DNA of 62,639 nt, filler included, from Choristocarpus tenellus KU-1152 (GCA_964200185.2; 13 parts of 13 records of this genome joined end to end with filler, not necessarily neighbours in it); one strand, 5' to 3'. Numbered from the whole stretch's first letter, positions 13,528-27,237 are shown. Notes: generated from the sequence alone by a model not told the origin. Made by a program: numbers and translations.

Positions 13528-14500
13528 GTGAGTTTTGCGAGCTGTGTCTCTAGGAGAGTTTTTTTTATTTCTATTTGCTGTGTGTTGCCCCTGCACTATG
13601 AATGTGAGGTCTGTGAATTGGTAGGTTTGGAGTATATAGTAGAGTAGGTAGGTAGATTTTGTCGTGTGTTCTTGTTTGTAGGCTGTTTTAGCTCATGGAC
13701 TTTGTGGTGGCAAATTTTTACCAAATCGGTTCTAAGAAAAAACTCTTTGATCTTTTTCTTTTCTTTTTTTGGGAGGGAGGGGTTGGGGGGCAGGGAGGTA
13801 GGGTGTGGATTAGATAGAAGCATAAGAGTTCAAGTATGATTATTGTTCTGAAGGATCGAGTAGTTTGGTCGACTCGTGAGAAATTGTTCTTAGTGTTTGA
13901 TGCCGCAAGTCTGAAAAGTGCAATTGCTTTTGGTGGTGTGACCTGCTCTGAGAGTGGTCTGTACCCTTTATCATTGCTAAACCCTTCATTGTTCTTAGTG
14001 TTGCTTACACACACAACATGTCTGTGCTGAGCAGTCGTTCACTAATCATTCGCAGTGGGGATTTATCACTGGTTTGGTATTGAACATAGGACCCTGAACT
14101 CTGCAGTTGAGGGCGTGAGTCTGTCTTGGAATTGCCTTCTGAGAAGCAGGCTTTCATCTTTGCTAAGTGGAGTGTGTATGCTGTACTGAGTTATCTCCTG
14201 GTAGTTGAGGTGCATCAGGTGTTGCAGTTGATTGCAGCCTGGATGTCCTCCTTCACAACGACAAATTGTTAGGTCACAGCTTGGTTCATTTTTTTCTGGT
14301 TACATGTTGCTGTTCATTTGTCAGTTACGTCTTTGCCAATATCACGCAATTGTTGGTTCAGGGCAGTGCTCTGAAAGGGCTGCTTTGGTTGTGTATGTTC
14401 TAGTGCAGAGTGGGCTTGTCCTGGAAAACCTTGTGGGTATGGAAGTAGTGCTCTTCTTTTGTGAATGTGTGTGTGTGTGTTTTGTTAGCTGGATGTGATG

Positions 14501-14524
14501 TTAGGGTTACGGTTAGGGTTAGGG
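14501..14524 (+). repeat. Interstitial telomere-like (TTAGGG)n tract
   Basis: TTAGGG TTACGG TTAGGG TTAGGG. Confidence 0.75.
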
Positions 14525-15455
14525 TGGTTATGGTAGTCTTTTTTCTGTTTTTCATTTGCTGGAAGGGATTGAGGGACTTGTTAGTGTCCTCCCCCACTGG
14601 ATACCTGGAAGAAGAAATGTTTATCAATCCCACCAACCCTCACGTGCCCGCCTCTTGTTCTTGTGTAAGTATTTTTAGTCATCGATACTCAGGAATGAAT
14701 CATACCCGTGAGATGATAAGACTTTTCTTATTTTTTTTCAAAAGAGGGCTGAGCATGGCAACAAACAACAATCATTATTATTAGTAGGAATTATATATGT
14801 TATTACATATTATTTATTTTTATTAGTATATTCATTAGTAGGAACATTTTGTTTTACTAGTATCATTTATTTATTTGGTATTATTATGGTATTTTGTTGG
14901 TTGGATTGGTCATGTTTATCGAACCCTTGGTCAAAGGGTAACAAGGAACGAAAAAAAAAGAAAAAGAGTAAAAATAACAATAAAGTGCAACAGAACAAAG
15001 TTGAACAGACTGTCTTGTGAAAAAAAAAGAAGTGTGTATTTTATCGGTATTTGAAAGGTTTGTGTGTATACTTTGTATTCGAGATTGATTAAAAAAAAAT
15101 AGAAGTTCATTGTTGTGTGAATTCTGTGTGCAGCAGCAGTAGTCCTCCAATAGGGGCCGTTTCTTATCGAGTTGTAGCATTGCCTGGTATTGTTGAGATT
15201 GAGTTTACCGCCACACGTTCTTCTTGGAAACCCCTACCTGTGTTTGTTGTCCCTCCTGTGATCACAACAAATACAAATCTATTGTCTTTTTCTGGGATTA
15301 GGTGGAACACAAGACTCAAAACGCAAAACCCAAAACACAACCCCCCAACACACACACACACACACACACACACACCTGCACGCACACAACATACTGTCTC
15401 TACCTCTCCCCCTGAAACCTGTGTCTCCTGACCTTCCCACCTTGTGCTGTTGCAG

Positions 15456-15508
15456 CTAAGTGCCACTGAGCGAATGCAGCAGCATGTTGGCAATGGCGAC
15501 ACAAGCAG
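15456..15508 (+). CDS. Probable third exon of the coiled-coil gene
   Basis: TGTTGCAG acceptor and GTGTGT donor. A phase-0 start gives LSATERMQQHVGNGDTS, in frame with the previous exon. Confidence 0.5.
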
Positions 15509-15551
15509 GTGTGTGATCCCTCTATGAAGTACTATGAAGCATACTGTAGAG

Positions 15552-15573
15552 TTAGGGTTAGGGTTAGGGTTAG
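15552..15573 (+). repeat. Interstitial telomere-like (TTAGGG)n tract
   Basis: TTAGGG x3 plus TTAG. Confidence 0.75.
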
Positions 15574-16292
15574 TTGTCTGTTGTACAAGTACGGGGTGCA
15601 AGGGACATACGGTTCTGGTGTAGATCTACAGTACTGTGAAGGTATGAAGTACTGCAAATCACTATTGTTATGATGTGAGTTAATCAGTGCGGCAAAGTAC
15701 TCCGTGGCTGTTACTGTGAAGGTACTGCAATGTACTGCAAAGTACAGTGGTTTGTTGTTCCCCATCTCACGGTTTCCTCTGAATCTACTTCTGTGAATTG
15801 GCTCTTTTTGGAAGGGCGCCTCTTTGCCCCATGTTATCCCAAAATTGACCTGTGTGATACCTCCTTTCCGTAGGGATTGAAGTTTAATTGTTTAGTTGGC
15901 CATATTGAAGTTGGGTGTCGCAATCTTTTTTCGTGTGCTTGGATTCTTCCATCGCTACTACCAAACTGGGACAGTAGATTGTACCTGCAGATTTAAACAC
16001 CATGCGAGTGTTCTGTGTGAAATGCAAGAAAGTTCAAGAAAGTTCCCAGGGCTCTACATGCATTTTGAAAATAATCCCCCAACGATATTTTGAGACTTTT
16101 TTTTTTTTTTTTAAGTGCTTACAGGAGTGCTTAGACAAGGATCCCTCNNNNNNNNNNNNNNNNNNNNNNNNNNNNNNNNNNNNNNNNNNNNTTAATTAAT
16201 TAANNNNNNNNNNNNNNNNNNNNNNNNNNNNNNNNNNNNNNNNNNNNATAGGGAAAGCGGAGGGGGGGGGGGAGGGGGAGGGGAAGGGGGGT

Positions 16293-16299
<7 letters not shown>

Positions 16300-16325
<26 letters not shown>

Positions 16326-16468
16326 CTACACCAGGGTGTCCATTTGGTCCATAACCAGGAAAAGTATAGTTACATTATCCATCTGACACATGCAACCACA
16401 AAAAAAATCGTGACTTGAAAAAGTTGATCCCAAATGGACAGCCGCCACCCCCCCCCAGATACTTTGAT
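16300..16468 (-). mobile_element. MITE family A (reverse orientation, truncated at contig start)
   Basis: poly-G, TCTACACCAGGGTGTCCATTTGG ... CCCAAATGGACAGCCGCCACCCCCCCCAGATACTTTGA. Confidence 0.85.
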
Positions 16469-16470
16469 CT

Positions 16471-16790
16471 TGTTGACACTTCCTAAGAAACATGATGGCC
16501 AAAATTACATCAAAATCGCAACATTGGATTTTGGCCCCCAGATAGACACGGCTCTACCCTCTAAAGTATTTGGATTGTTGCCCGTTTGGGACTTGGCTCC
16601 CCAACTTTTTTTTATGCCCCTTTTCGGTTTGCTATGTGAACACAGCTCCCTAGAATGTATACGACTATGAAAGGTGTGTCCGGAGCAAGGATGTCGACAT
16701 TTGCTAACAAAGACGATAGTCAAAATTAATCAAAATCGCAAGACTAGATTTATGACCCTGAACGGACACGGTCCCATCCTCTTAAATGCT
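16471..16790 (+). mobile_element. Two partial, diverged MITE family B copies in tandem
   Basis: TTGACACTTCCTAA..GCCAAAATTACATCAAAATCGCAACATTGG..CTCTACCCTCTAA at 16471-16570, then a second copy with GAAAGGTGTGTCCGGA..CAAAATCGCAA. Confidence 0.75.
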
Positions 16791-17119
16791 CTGCTCTCCC
16801 ACTCCCAAGGTCAGTAAAGCTGGAGTGCTTACTTGGTGAATTGGAATGGGAGAGTAAGATGGAGCAATGGGTGGATGGATGAATGGAAAGATAACAATGA
16901 GACACTTCTATTAAAGTTATTTAAAGTAGGATGGAAACCCCTGAAGATGTATCATTGTTGTAGGGAGAAGGATGGGCTCTTCCATATAATTGTTTTCTTT
17001 CCAGGGGGCAGGATTTGCATGCTACGTGGTAGCAATATGCTGCAGGGAGGTAGGATAGCCTCCCTTTGTGGTATTGGTATGCTGGATGGGGTTTAAATGA
17101 GAGGGAACTTGAGGAGACT

Positions 17120-17390
17120 ACGGTAGAAAAGGGGCCGTCAAATCCCGTCCACGCCAGATAGTCTCAGTCACAACGCAAGTAACCCTATCTCGACGTGTCA
17201 TGCGTTTAAAGCTGGAGAAACCAGGGAGATGGACAATGAGGAACTTGTTAGGATGCTTCCCTAACTCCTCATTCTGAGGTGCAGGACTAAGTTATGTCGG
17301 AGACACAGGAAGGCGGCGGTACAGTATAGATCGTAGAAAAAAATTAAATTCATGAACATGTACATTTATGACAACTGTTACTTTTTTTTG
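17120..17390 (+). mobile_element. 3' fragment of the CRE-like retrotransposon
   Basis: GTCAAATCCCGT..GTCATGCGTTT.AAGCTGGAGA.ACCAGGGAGATGG..GGATGCTTCCCTA..CATTTATGACAACTGTTACTTT aligns with 4570-4880. Confidence 0.8.
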
Positions 17391-19405
17391 TACACAGCAA
17401 GTGGTTCAGACCCTTTCGGAATAATGGAGAGGTTGGACTTTTGTTGTGTGTCAAGAAATAACAGATATTGTAGGATGTGGAGATGATTATCAACAGAACG
17501 ATATTGTATACAGATCTGTTGAGAATGTTCGAAACTAAGTTACCACCTACAGATGGAACAAAAAAGTCTTCGTCCACCTCTAACTCTGACGCCACTGCAG
17601 ATGCTCTATATTTTTTCATTCGCCAAACCACAACCTTAATCAATTTTTTGTCTAACGTTCAAATCACGAATATATTAACTAACTGCAGTTTTGGTTTTCT
17701 CTTTTACAAGAGTCACCCAACCTAATCAGTACATAGAACCGAACTTCCACCATTTGTACTTGATATAATTACTTGCCGTTTTTCAACTTCGACACTTATC
17801 ACCTCTAATATTTTTTTGGGATGAATGTTCTCCATGATTTTTCAGTCTAAATCAAAAATTTATTACGTTAAGTTTGAATGATATATATAGTTACGATAGT
17901 AAGATTTATTTGTACTTTGATAATACAACAAGAATGGTCGTGGTATTCATTGTATAATAATGTTATTATATATTCATCACTAAAACAAGATATCTAATAT
18001 TCTGCAATGAACATGGAAACCAGTTCCTTGTAAACATTTAATGGCAAGACGTTTGTCGGAAGTGACAACATTTATCAATCGCGAAAGTGGAGAGATGATG
18101 GAGGTATGAAGACGGTGGGAGTTGGAGGGAGGTTTCGGAAATTCGAGCTAAGTTGTTGGAAGGAGGTTCAGAAGTGGAGAACCCGACGGTGTTGCATGGC
18201 CCAAGATTGGGAGAGTTGGTGAACGGCACATTGGGGTGTCTTAACACTCTTCAGGGTATAACTAGGATTTAGAGGGTGTGGGACGGGTCTGGGAATATTC
18301 GCCTTCACGCGAAGGTGAGCAAGGGGGCTTTTGGGGAAAATACACGAAGTCATTTTTCCTTGTTCTTCACTGGCTCACAAATACCCGCCTGTCACTCCTT
18401 CTGGTTTATCCATATCTACTAAAGAATGAGTGGTAACTGTGGTCGTAATACTAAGCCCTATACAGCAGCTCATCCACTGGGTGCTGTGTCAGGGTAGTTG
18501 TAACGAGGAGCGCTTTCTCTCTATTGGAAGGGAATGGATGGAATTGAGCGTCTTTTCTTTCCTTGTGTAGGAGGCAAACCTTCACCCACCTTTTCGATTT
18601 TTTTCAAACCAATCTCTAGTGTGAGTGGTGTCCTTGATCACCAAACACTCCCCTCTTATGCTTAATCTACCTGATTTAGATGTTAGATTGAAAGTGAACT
18701 TCTCGGAACACCATTGGAATGTTAGCACTGTACACCTAACCTCTATCGCTTTTCTGGACGTTGCCACCAATGGATAAGACATGGATGGGCGATTGGGAAG
18801 GGCTGCCGTGGCACTTGCAGGGTTAGCGAGCACTTGCTATGCTGTTTATGATGCATCTGCGGGGGAGCATCACGCGTGTGCTGTTCTGGACGACTTTACC
18901 CTCAAGGTAACTCAAGGACATTGTGTCTTGTGAGCCAACCCGTTAATACTTTTCCTCGACACGCCTCTAGCCTTTGGACCGATCCTCTAACTGGCCAGTA
19001 CCCTGTCTATTATCATTGCTAGACCTGAGGGTGCCACCTTCCTTGGCAGCCCCTAGACTCCATTCCCCTTCCCAACCTTACACACTCCAACCTCTCACCC
19101 CAGAACGTGTACGTCGTTGGTTTACCAATCTCAGCGTATGATTTTTTTTTTTTGCCCTCTTTTTGTCTTTGCAATCTTCCCTTAACAGTGCTGGGGTTCG
19201 AACACGGATGGGGAGTTGGGTTACCCATATGTCAATTCCAGAGGAGATGAGGAGTTTGAGATGGGGGATGCTTTACNNNNNNNNNNNNNNNNNNNNNNNN
19301 NNNNNNNNNNNNNNNNNNNNTTAATTAATTAANNNNNNNNNNNNNNNNNNNNNNNNNNNNNNNNNNNNNNNNNNNNTTGGGGGGTGGGGGGGGGGGGTGG
19401 GTTGG

Positions 19406-19450
<45 letters not shown>

Positions 19451-22400
19451 GGTTTGAATTAGCTCTGCATGTCTTGTGTACTACATTGTTGTTATGTTGT
19501 GATTGCAGGGACTGCAACCTGCCCGGGTGGAGCAAACAAACCGATTGGTTTGGAGACATGTGTATAAAATATAAAATAGTCACTAAAGTGCGCATGTATG
19601 TACACGTACACACATATATATGCACTCTTTTGAGTTATGTGAGCTTTAGTACAGTAGGTGATTGTCTCGTTTAGGGCGTGTTATTATACCAAGAGCGGGA
19701 GTTGGTAACTGCCTGTGTGTATGCAGACAGTTCTATTACTCTATATGTAGTTTTTGCCCCTAAATGAGCTAACATGCACACACACGCACACACACATACA
19801 AATGTATGTATCATCCATAGGAGAGATTGTGTTTAACTTTCAACCCTGCCTTTGATTGTGAGTTTTTTTTGTCTGGAAAGGGTATACTGAGCTAGGTATG
19901 TCTTGTTGCCTTGCACCAATGCCGTTTCCTGTACCTTAGAAGTGGGGGGGAGGGGGTTAGGTTTGGGTTCTATTTCAGTCCTTTTGTCTGCCTGATGTAT
20001 GAGATGATGGGCATAATTAATCTGTTTTAAACGTGGACGCTTCTTTTGGGGGTATGCAGGGAGGACCGCTGGTCTGGGACCCTTCAGACTAATGGAAAGA
20101 GTAATAACAATATGGGAGGAGGGGGGTATTGCGAGCAAGTATTGCAGTTCTCACTTACCTGGAGATTTACGAAGTATGGGTGAATGTGCTCCTGTCTCTG
20201 GCTTAAGATCGGCCTTCAGAGCTGGTAGAATGTTCATTGAGGGTTAGTGGGAGGGAGGGGGAAGAGCACAGCAGTTTGAGTGGTGTATGTGGCCCCCGCT
20301 GTTGGTGGATAGCACCTTCTGCCAATGGGCTTTTGGTGTGGCTCTTTAAAGCGGCAAGAGGAGCGCAGTAATGCTCGACTCTTGTGTTAGAGATATTAAT
20401 TAATGGCCAACTGAGTTTACGGAGATGGGACTTTTGAATTCACTCGTGCGCTTGGCTAGAATGTACTCTTTGCTTCTCAAAATGGTTCCTTGAGGCCGTG
20501 TTGTGGTATGTTTTATCCCTGTTCACCGACTCCTTCTGCGGGAGCTTGGTGTCTGGTGTATGTTCAGTTATGTGGTGTGTTTTTCCATGCTTAAGGGGTG
20601 GATTGCATCTTGGAGTGCGTATTATTTTCTCACGTGTATTTTTGTTTTATTTTATAACACGAAACTGTGTTTTTTTTAATTGAAGTAAAATGGGTTGATG
20701 GAGGTTGGAGGGGGGGGGGGGGGGGGGAAGGAAATGTGCCTTCCCTGTTTNNNNNNNNNNTTTGTTTTTTTTTTTAGGTGGGTTTTTTGTTTTTTTTTTG
20801 TTTTTTGGTGGGGGGGGGTGGGGGGGGGGTGGGGGGGGGGGGGGGGGGGGGGGGGGGAGGGAATGAAATGTGCCTTCCCTGATTTGTGGTAACAGCTATT
20901 TAAGGGATTTGCAACGTCGTATCGTATAGTGTTTTACCTTTCTGATTAATTGATTGATTAAATATTGTCGAATGTTAGTGCAGAAATACTTGGTGGGTGT
21001 TTATTTTTGAGAGTGCTTTTTGACAATGAGCGTGGGTTTAATATTAATATATTCTGGTAGGCGGGGGCCTGAAGGATTATATCTCGTGATCAAGGAAACT
21101 TAGAAGGTCCCGTCGCATAGAGCCAGTCCAAAAAAAAGCACAAAAGAAACGTGGACAGGATGTGCAGTGGCTGATGCACAGCTGTTTTTTTATTATTGTA
21201 ACGTTAATATTTGAAACGCAGATCACTTACATATTGTTTTTGCAAACCAGCGGGGAGTTCCAAGGAAATTGGCATCTTGTGTTCCGATTTGATGACACGT
21301 ACGTATGTGTGTGTATGTTGTTTGTGTTGCCTTTTTTTAATTTTTTTTTTAGCGGTCAGGTAATGTTCCAACGTTTTTTTAACTGAACTATCAGGTCCTT
21401 TTTTCTTTCAACTTCTCCGGAAGGATGTGACTTCTGTTATCCTCCTCCGCAGTTTGGTTGCCATTGCGTATTTGTTCTCTACCTGTTCCAAGCACTCGCA
21501 GTTTAGCTTCTTTTTTTTTTTGGTTACTATATATACCGGAGCGATGTGATTTTTATTTTTTATTTTTAGCAATCCTAGATATTTTCGTACTTTTTTATTT
21601 AAGAATAGGAATAAAAATAATAATAATAAACTGCTCTTTTTAAAATAATAACTCTTTTTGTGAACGTTTAGTTTGTTTTATTACCTGTTTTTTTTTTTTA
21701 TAAAATAAGTGTGCAGACACGATGGCATAGAACAAAACAAACTTTAATTTTTTGTGCTTTCAAAGGAAAAGCGGATAGTTTTTTTTTTATTAATAAAACA
21801 CACAAGAGTTCCTGCACTGTGCAGTGATCTTCAATTTTTTTTTAATGGTTGAACATCACCCATTGCTCTTCTGATTCTGCTTAGGTCTCCAAGTGTTACT
21901 TACCCCTTACCCGATATATATATATTTTTTCAGCGCTTCGGTTGAAGTGCTTTTTTTTTCTATTTTTTCAATGAAAACTGTGCGTCTGGATTGCAGAAGG
22001 CTTTTTTTTTTATTGCTCCTCAGTTTAATCTGAATTTTAGTAGAAAGATTTGGGAGGTGCTCGCGATAATTGGCGCATTAGTGGTTTGCTCTTGTTGATA
22101 AGATGATATTCTTGTCCATCTTTTGAACGGCATGCAAAGAACGAACGAGTGAGGTATCTTCAGTGCCTGCAGTGTTTGGATATAATATTGACAGTGTTGA
22201 ATAACGCAGAGTGAGAAGTTTTTTATTTTATTTTGGAAGTCGGGCACTAGAAAAAGAAAAGAGAATTAAATATATATATATTATGTGAAAAATCCTCTCA
22301 TGAAAGATTTTTTTTTTCTCGGATTGGTTCCTGCTTGTAGGGTTATATACATAGGTTGGGATGTATATTGATCACCAGAAGTGAAAAAATGGGAACGGGG

Positions 22401-23899
22401 GGGGGTGGGGTTGAAAGGAATAACTGTAGGAGGTAGGGTCTGAAACAGTGGGGAAGAAGTGATGCGTATGTCAGGAATTGAAAAGGTTGTGTTGAAGTAC
22501 CTTTGGAGAACTGTTCTTTAAGTCTTGTTGGTATTCTCTCCGTTAAGTCGACATGCTTTTTGTGTACATTAGAAAAAAAATGATTTTGTCTATTATTATT
22601 ATTATTATTATTTTGTGCCGATGTCCTGCAGGAAGGCTGGCTAACTCTATAATTAATTGATGGTGAAGGTGGTTGATAAGACCCGTGTATATATATATTT
22701 TTTGTAGGCTTATTATTATTATTATTATTATTGCATCCCATCGCCCGATCGCTGACCTTCGATGACATACTGCTTCATAGACTTTTTTTTATCTTGTTGT
22801 TGTGATGATCAACATTGCTCCTATGACAGAAGAGGCAGCTAATATATATATATATATATATGTCTAGAGGTGATCAGGTAGAAGGGGGGGGAAGACAAAG
22901 GAGCAACAACTTTAAAATAAATTACGGAACTATCTTAGAGTCCTTTCTGATATATATTTTTTTTATTTGGATGTCCAAAGGTTTGGGGGAATGCTGGGAC
23001 TGGGGTGCATGTCTTCACGCCCCCCCACTTGTAGGCCTTTCCACAACCCAACACCCCCTTTCCTTTTCCTGGTGCCTGTACAGNNNNNNNNNNNNNNNNN
23101 NNNNNNNNNNNNNNNNNNNNNNNNNNNTTAATTAATTAANNNNNNNNNNNNNNNNNNNNNNNNNNNNNNNNNNNNNNNNNNNNTGTCTGTTGGCAGTGAT
23201 GTTTAAAGGTTTTTTGTTCTGGTTGGAGGTTTTTTTCTCACACACCTCACATCGAAACATCGTAACCTTGTACAATGCACAAGAGAAACCTTATTTTGAA
23301 GGAGAGGGTCAACAGTTGAATGGTTAAGTATCAATACAACGACGAAACGAGAAGTGGTGGTGAAGAATACATTGACAGGGGAATATTTATTTATCTCGTC
23401 TCGTTCAGCAGTGTGGGTGTAGGCATTTTTCTGTTCGTTGTCTTATTTACTGTTATATATTATCAGGTGTATGGGGTCCCTCATACTAATTAATGATTTA
23501 AATCTTTTTTTTCCAGTGTAGGCCAGACGTTGTGTATGATTTATTGCAGTCCTTGTACAATGTTTTTTTGTTTTCGAGGAATAGAACAGAATAATATGTA
23601 AATGAGAATATTGAGAGTTTGTACAGAATAATTAAACATTGACAATTTTGTTTGTTTTCTTTCTCGTTAAAAGGATTTTATCTCAACGTTATATGACCAA
23701 TTGATAGATTGAAACATGATGGAGTCATTACATATTCGTGAAATTGTTTTCTGGCGGATTGAAGTAATTGTTCTAGCTGTCATTTCACACTGAATTTTTT
23801 CTTCACTCCCAACAAACATCAACAATGGTGACCACATTGATTGGAAAGGAATTATTATTTTGAATTCAAATTATGATAAATATATTTCACATTGTTCTT

Positions 23900-25490
23900 G
23901 TGGTGAGGGATGACCGTTCAAAGAAAGTTTAAGGTAAATAGGAGGAAGTGCAGGATGAGTTCCCGTATAAGACGTTGTGGATAAGTTTGTTTTAATGGTC
24001 ATGGTATAAAGTAGAAGGCGAACAAACGAACGCATGTTGTACCAAGATGTAGTTGATAGAACAAAGAGCTTCATAAACAAGTTACATTCCTGAGAATTAG
24101 TGATACCTGACGTATACAAATATATTGATTGTATATATTCTACTGTTGGTAATCTTATTATACCTTGGCGGTGTGGTTCACTAAACCAAGGAAATGTAGT
24201 GAAGAGAATAACCGTGCAAAACGGGTCACAGACGAACGAAAACGAATCGTGATGTTGAAGGTGATGATGAGGATAAGGTGATACAATGGGACTTGTCTCA
24301 CGAAGGTGGGCAATATAAATAACACAGTAAGTCATTACGGATGGGAAAATGCGACATAGATGTGGTAATTTCATCATTAGTAGGTGAGCCGATACTGGTG
24401 GCCTGTTCGTACCTGGAATGCGGTCCAAACTGGGATTCCTGCTCCTTACATAATTGCTCTGTGTCCACTGTAGGATATGCAATAGTGGAACTAGTGAATA
24501 GTTCACGATCACCTCGGTAGGCGTTGCTTTGGTCAAGAATAAATACAGATAGCTTGTATCCCTTTTGGACACATGATATATATAAACCATTACTACCGGG
24601 GGTCCATTGCGACAGATGGATGACAGGATTGGATCAATAGACTTCACCTTTTCCTCAAACGTGAAATATCAGACAAATGTGTCTGAAAAAGAAAAGTTTG
24701 CTACGAGGCCCGTGTTTGATAGTGGACTCGTAAGCTTAACGTGCAATTGTCTGAAGAGTAAGCATGTTAGTAATATCCTGAATTCTACAAAAGTAAACCA
24801 ACGCAGAATGAACAGTAGTGAAGGTTAAGTGTCTACCCCACCGAAACGGACGTCAGGGGGTGAATAGAAGAAACGACCGCATAACACCATCTCAATGCAA
24901 CTGAACCGTGATGTTGAGTTTCATTAAACGTTTTGTCCAAAGCAAGCATTGATACCTTGATCATTAGGAATTATCAGGTCGAGGTTGTGGTGAATAGCCA
25001 ACCTCATTTTCATTGGTAAACTAAGGAAACACGAGAACAGGGCTTCAGTAAGAAGTTGTTTCACTTTGGAAAGTGCTACATCCTGATCTATCCCCCAATC
25101 TTTAGCTCTGTATTCTTGCTGAGACTTATCTTAGTAAAACGAAGTAACCATTCGATGACTGTGGCTAGGTTGTGCGTAAATTTACGCACATGATTTATCA
25201 TACCTACGATTGATCTAACTTTTTCGATAGTGGCGGGTTAGGTAATCCAGAGATAGCATGAGCCTGTTCTTCTTCGCCAAATACGAGTCCATTAGACGGC
25301 AACACGTGACCTAAGTAACGGCCTTCTCTGTGGCCCAGATTGAATATTTGACGCTTTCAGGGTTAAACCTGCTGCTTGTAAAGCTTCGAACTTGCTGCTT
25401 CTAGTAACTGCAAATATCCTTCCCAACCTTTAACCAGGTACCAAATCGCTCATGTAAATGAGCTAACAACTAGGTAGGCCTAAGTTGGTA
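23900..25490 (-). mobile_element. Degenerate Ty3/Gypsy LTR retrotransposon pol (RT, RNase H, integrase)
   Basis: Minus strand, with frameshifts: LIYMSDLV (YxDD position)..FEALQAAGLTLKAS..YLGHVL..VRSIVGMINHVRKF, then KVKQLLTEA..CYAVVSSIH..WGRH..QDITNML, then an integrase-like ORF 23871-24647. The domain order fits Gypsy. Confidence 0.8.
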
Positions 25491-25616
25491 AAAGGGTGAG
25501 GACATTATTCTCATATGCGAGGGAACATTTGGTTACCGAAACAGCATCGTCTTAAAAGATATTCCCCTCTAAGAGACATAGGTAGTCTTATCATTGGTAG
25601 TCTCAGCAGCTGGAAT

Positions 25617-25874
25617 GAGTAAAAGTATCTTAGAGAATACGAGTTTTGACCTGTTTGTCCATTTGGGACTTGACTTCCGGCGGGGTTCTTATGACATTTT
25701 CCTATTCCATAATATTTCGGAGTAGTTAAAATGTGTATTTTATGAAAAGGTGTGTTTGGAACAAAGATATTGACGCTTCCTAGCAAACACGATAGCCAAA
25801 ATTACATCGAAATCAGAACACTGGATTTTGGCCCCCAAGTTGACGCGGCTCTACCCTCTAACAAACTTTGGCTC
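25617..25874 (+). mobile_element. MITE family B, full length
   Basis: GAGTAAAAGTATCTTAGAG...CTCTAACAAACTTTGGCTC flanked by AAT/AAT. Confidence 0.9.
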
Positions 25875-26973
25875 AATATGTCTATACGCACTCTGGATAT
25901 TACAAACAACAGTGAAAAAATTGGTACCACCCATGATATCAAACATGGTGATTCCATATCAGGCAAGAGGTCAAGTCTGTCTATTTAGTTAATTATTAAC
26001 AGTTGGGAGGTAGTCGACACACACAAACGTGGAGAGTCGGCAGAATTAGCTACGACAGGAGGACTCAGGACTACCCCAAGGCCTCGCCTATTTTTAGAAG
26101 ATAACTTGCACTTTGACAGCAGTGCTAACACACGAGTCAATAACTTTTTTGAATGCCAGTGTTTGCTCTATTCGAGTTTCTATCAACAGGCTTGGTACCA
26201 GGCTCCGTAGGAATTTTGTGCTTCAGCTACAGTAGATTTTTAAAGTTCTGCTGGATCCAAAGAAAATACCGATCTTTGAGGAGCACACAAGTCAAGAAGT
26301 AATGGCACTTGAGAGTAATTGAACCTGGTATCTATGAAAGTATTTGTGTTTCTGAACGCCTAATGGGACTCCTCTCTAGCTACACGGAACGGGACAGAGT
26401 CGATATTAAGAGGACTAACGGTTTAGGATGCCTGATCAAAAATTTGTGTCAATGGCCAGGAGATATACTATACTGTTTATGCAGGCGGAAGGCTACAGGG
26501 TCAAAATCTTGTTGCATGTACATCTTCACCACAGAGGACGAAGGAGTAGCACTTGTAACAGGCATTTGCATTGTGAGGCTCATTGTCATGTAATATCTTC
26601 CTGGGGTGGTACACAAGGTGCTGTGAAATGAGAGACGCTCTTGCCAATGTAGGATTGCACAGAAGACCTGGAAAAAACTTTTATGAAAATTGCTTAAGCA
26701 GGACCAAGTCGGGGAATCACTAATGCTTCAACAGGCATACGGTATCACCTAGGGCAAATGAGAACGAATAATCCACGATTATGTAATGGCTAACCAATAG
26801 CAGTATACGCCGATTGATCGCCGATTGATTGGGATAGGATGCATATCAAATCGTTTGGGTTGAGGATGATTGCAAATGAATACCCATGAAGTACGTGCGA
26901 CATCACTTGTTGAAAATCTATGGTTAAGCAATCTTCCTTTTGTTCTACAACGGTGACATACATTTCTGATGAA

Positions 26974-27237
26974 GACTCAAAGTATCAGGGGGGGGGGGGG
27001 GGTTACACCNNNNNNNNNNTTCTTTTTGTCAACAGGGCGGTACTATATTTGCGGAGAACACCACAAATGGGGGGGGGGGGGGGGGTGTCTACACCAGGGT
27101 ATCCATTTGGGCTATGACCAGAAAACGTTCACATACATTATCCATCCATCACATGCAACTAAATCACCCAAAAATTACGACATGAAAAAATGGGCCCCAA
27201 ATGGACAGCCGTCACTTCCCCCCAGATACTTTGAGCC
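26974..27237 (-). mobile_element. MITE family A spanning a scaffold gap
   Basis: GACTCAAAGTATCAGGGG ... CCCCAGATACTTTGAGCC, 4-bp TSD TGAA/TGAA. Confidence 0.8.

Noticed and set aside
19329-20892. Poly-Gly and poly-Pro ORFs
   Set aside because: They come from low-quality poly-G tracts at contig edges and gaps.
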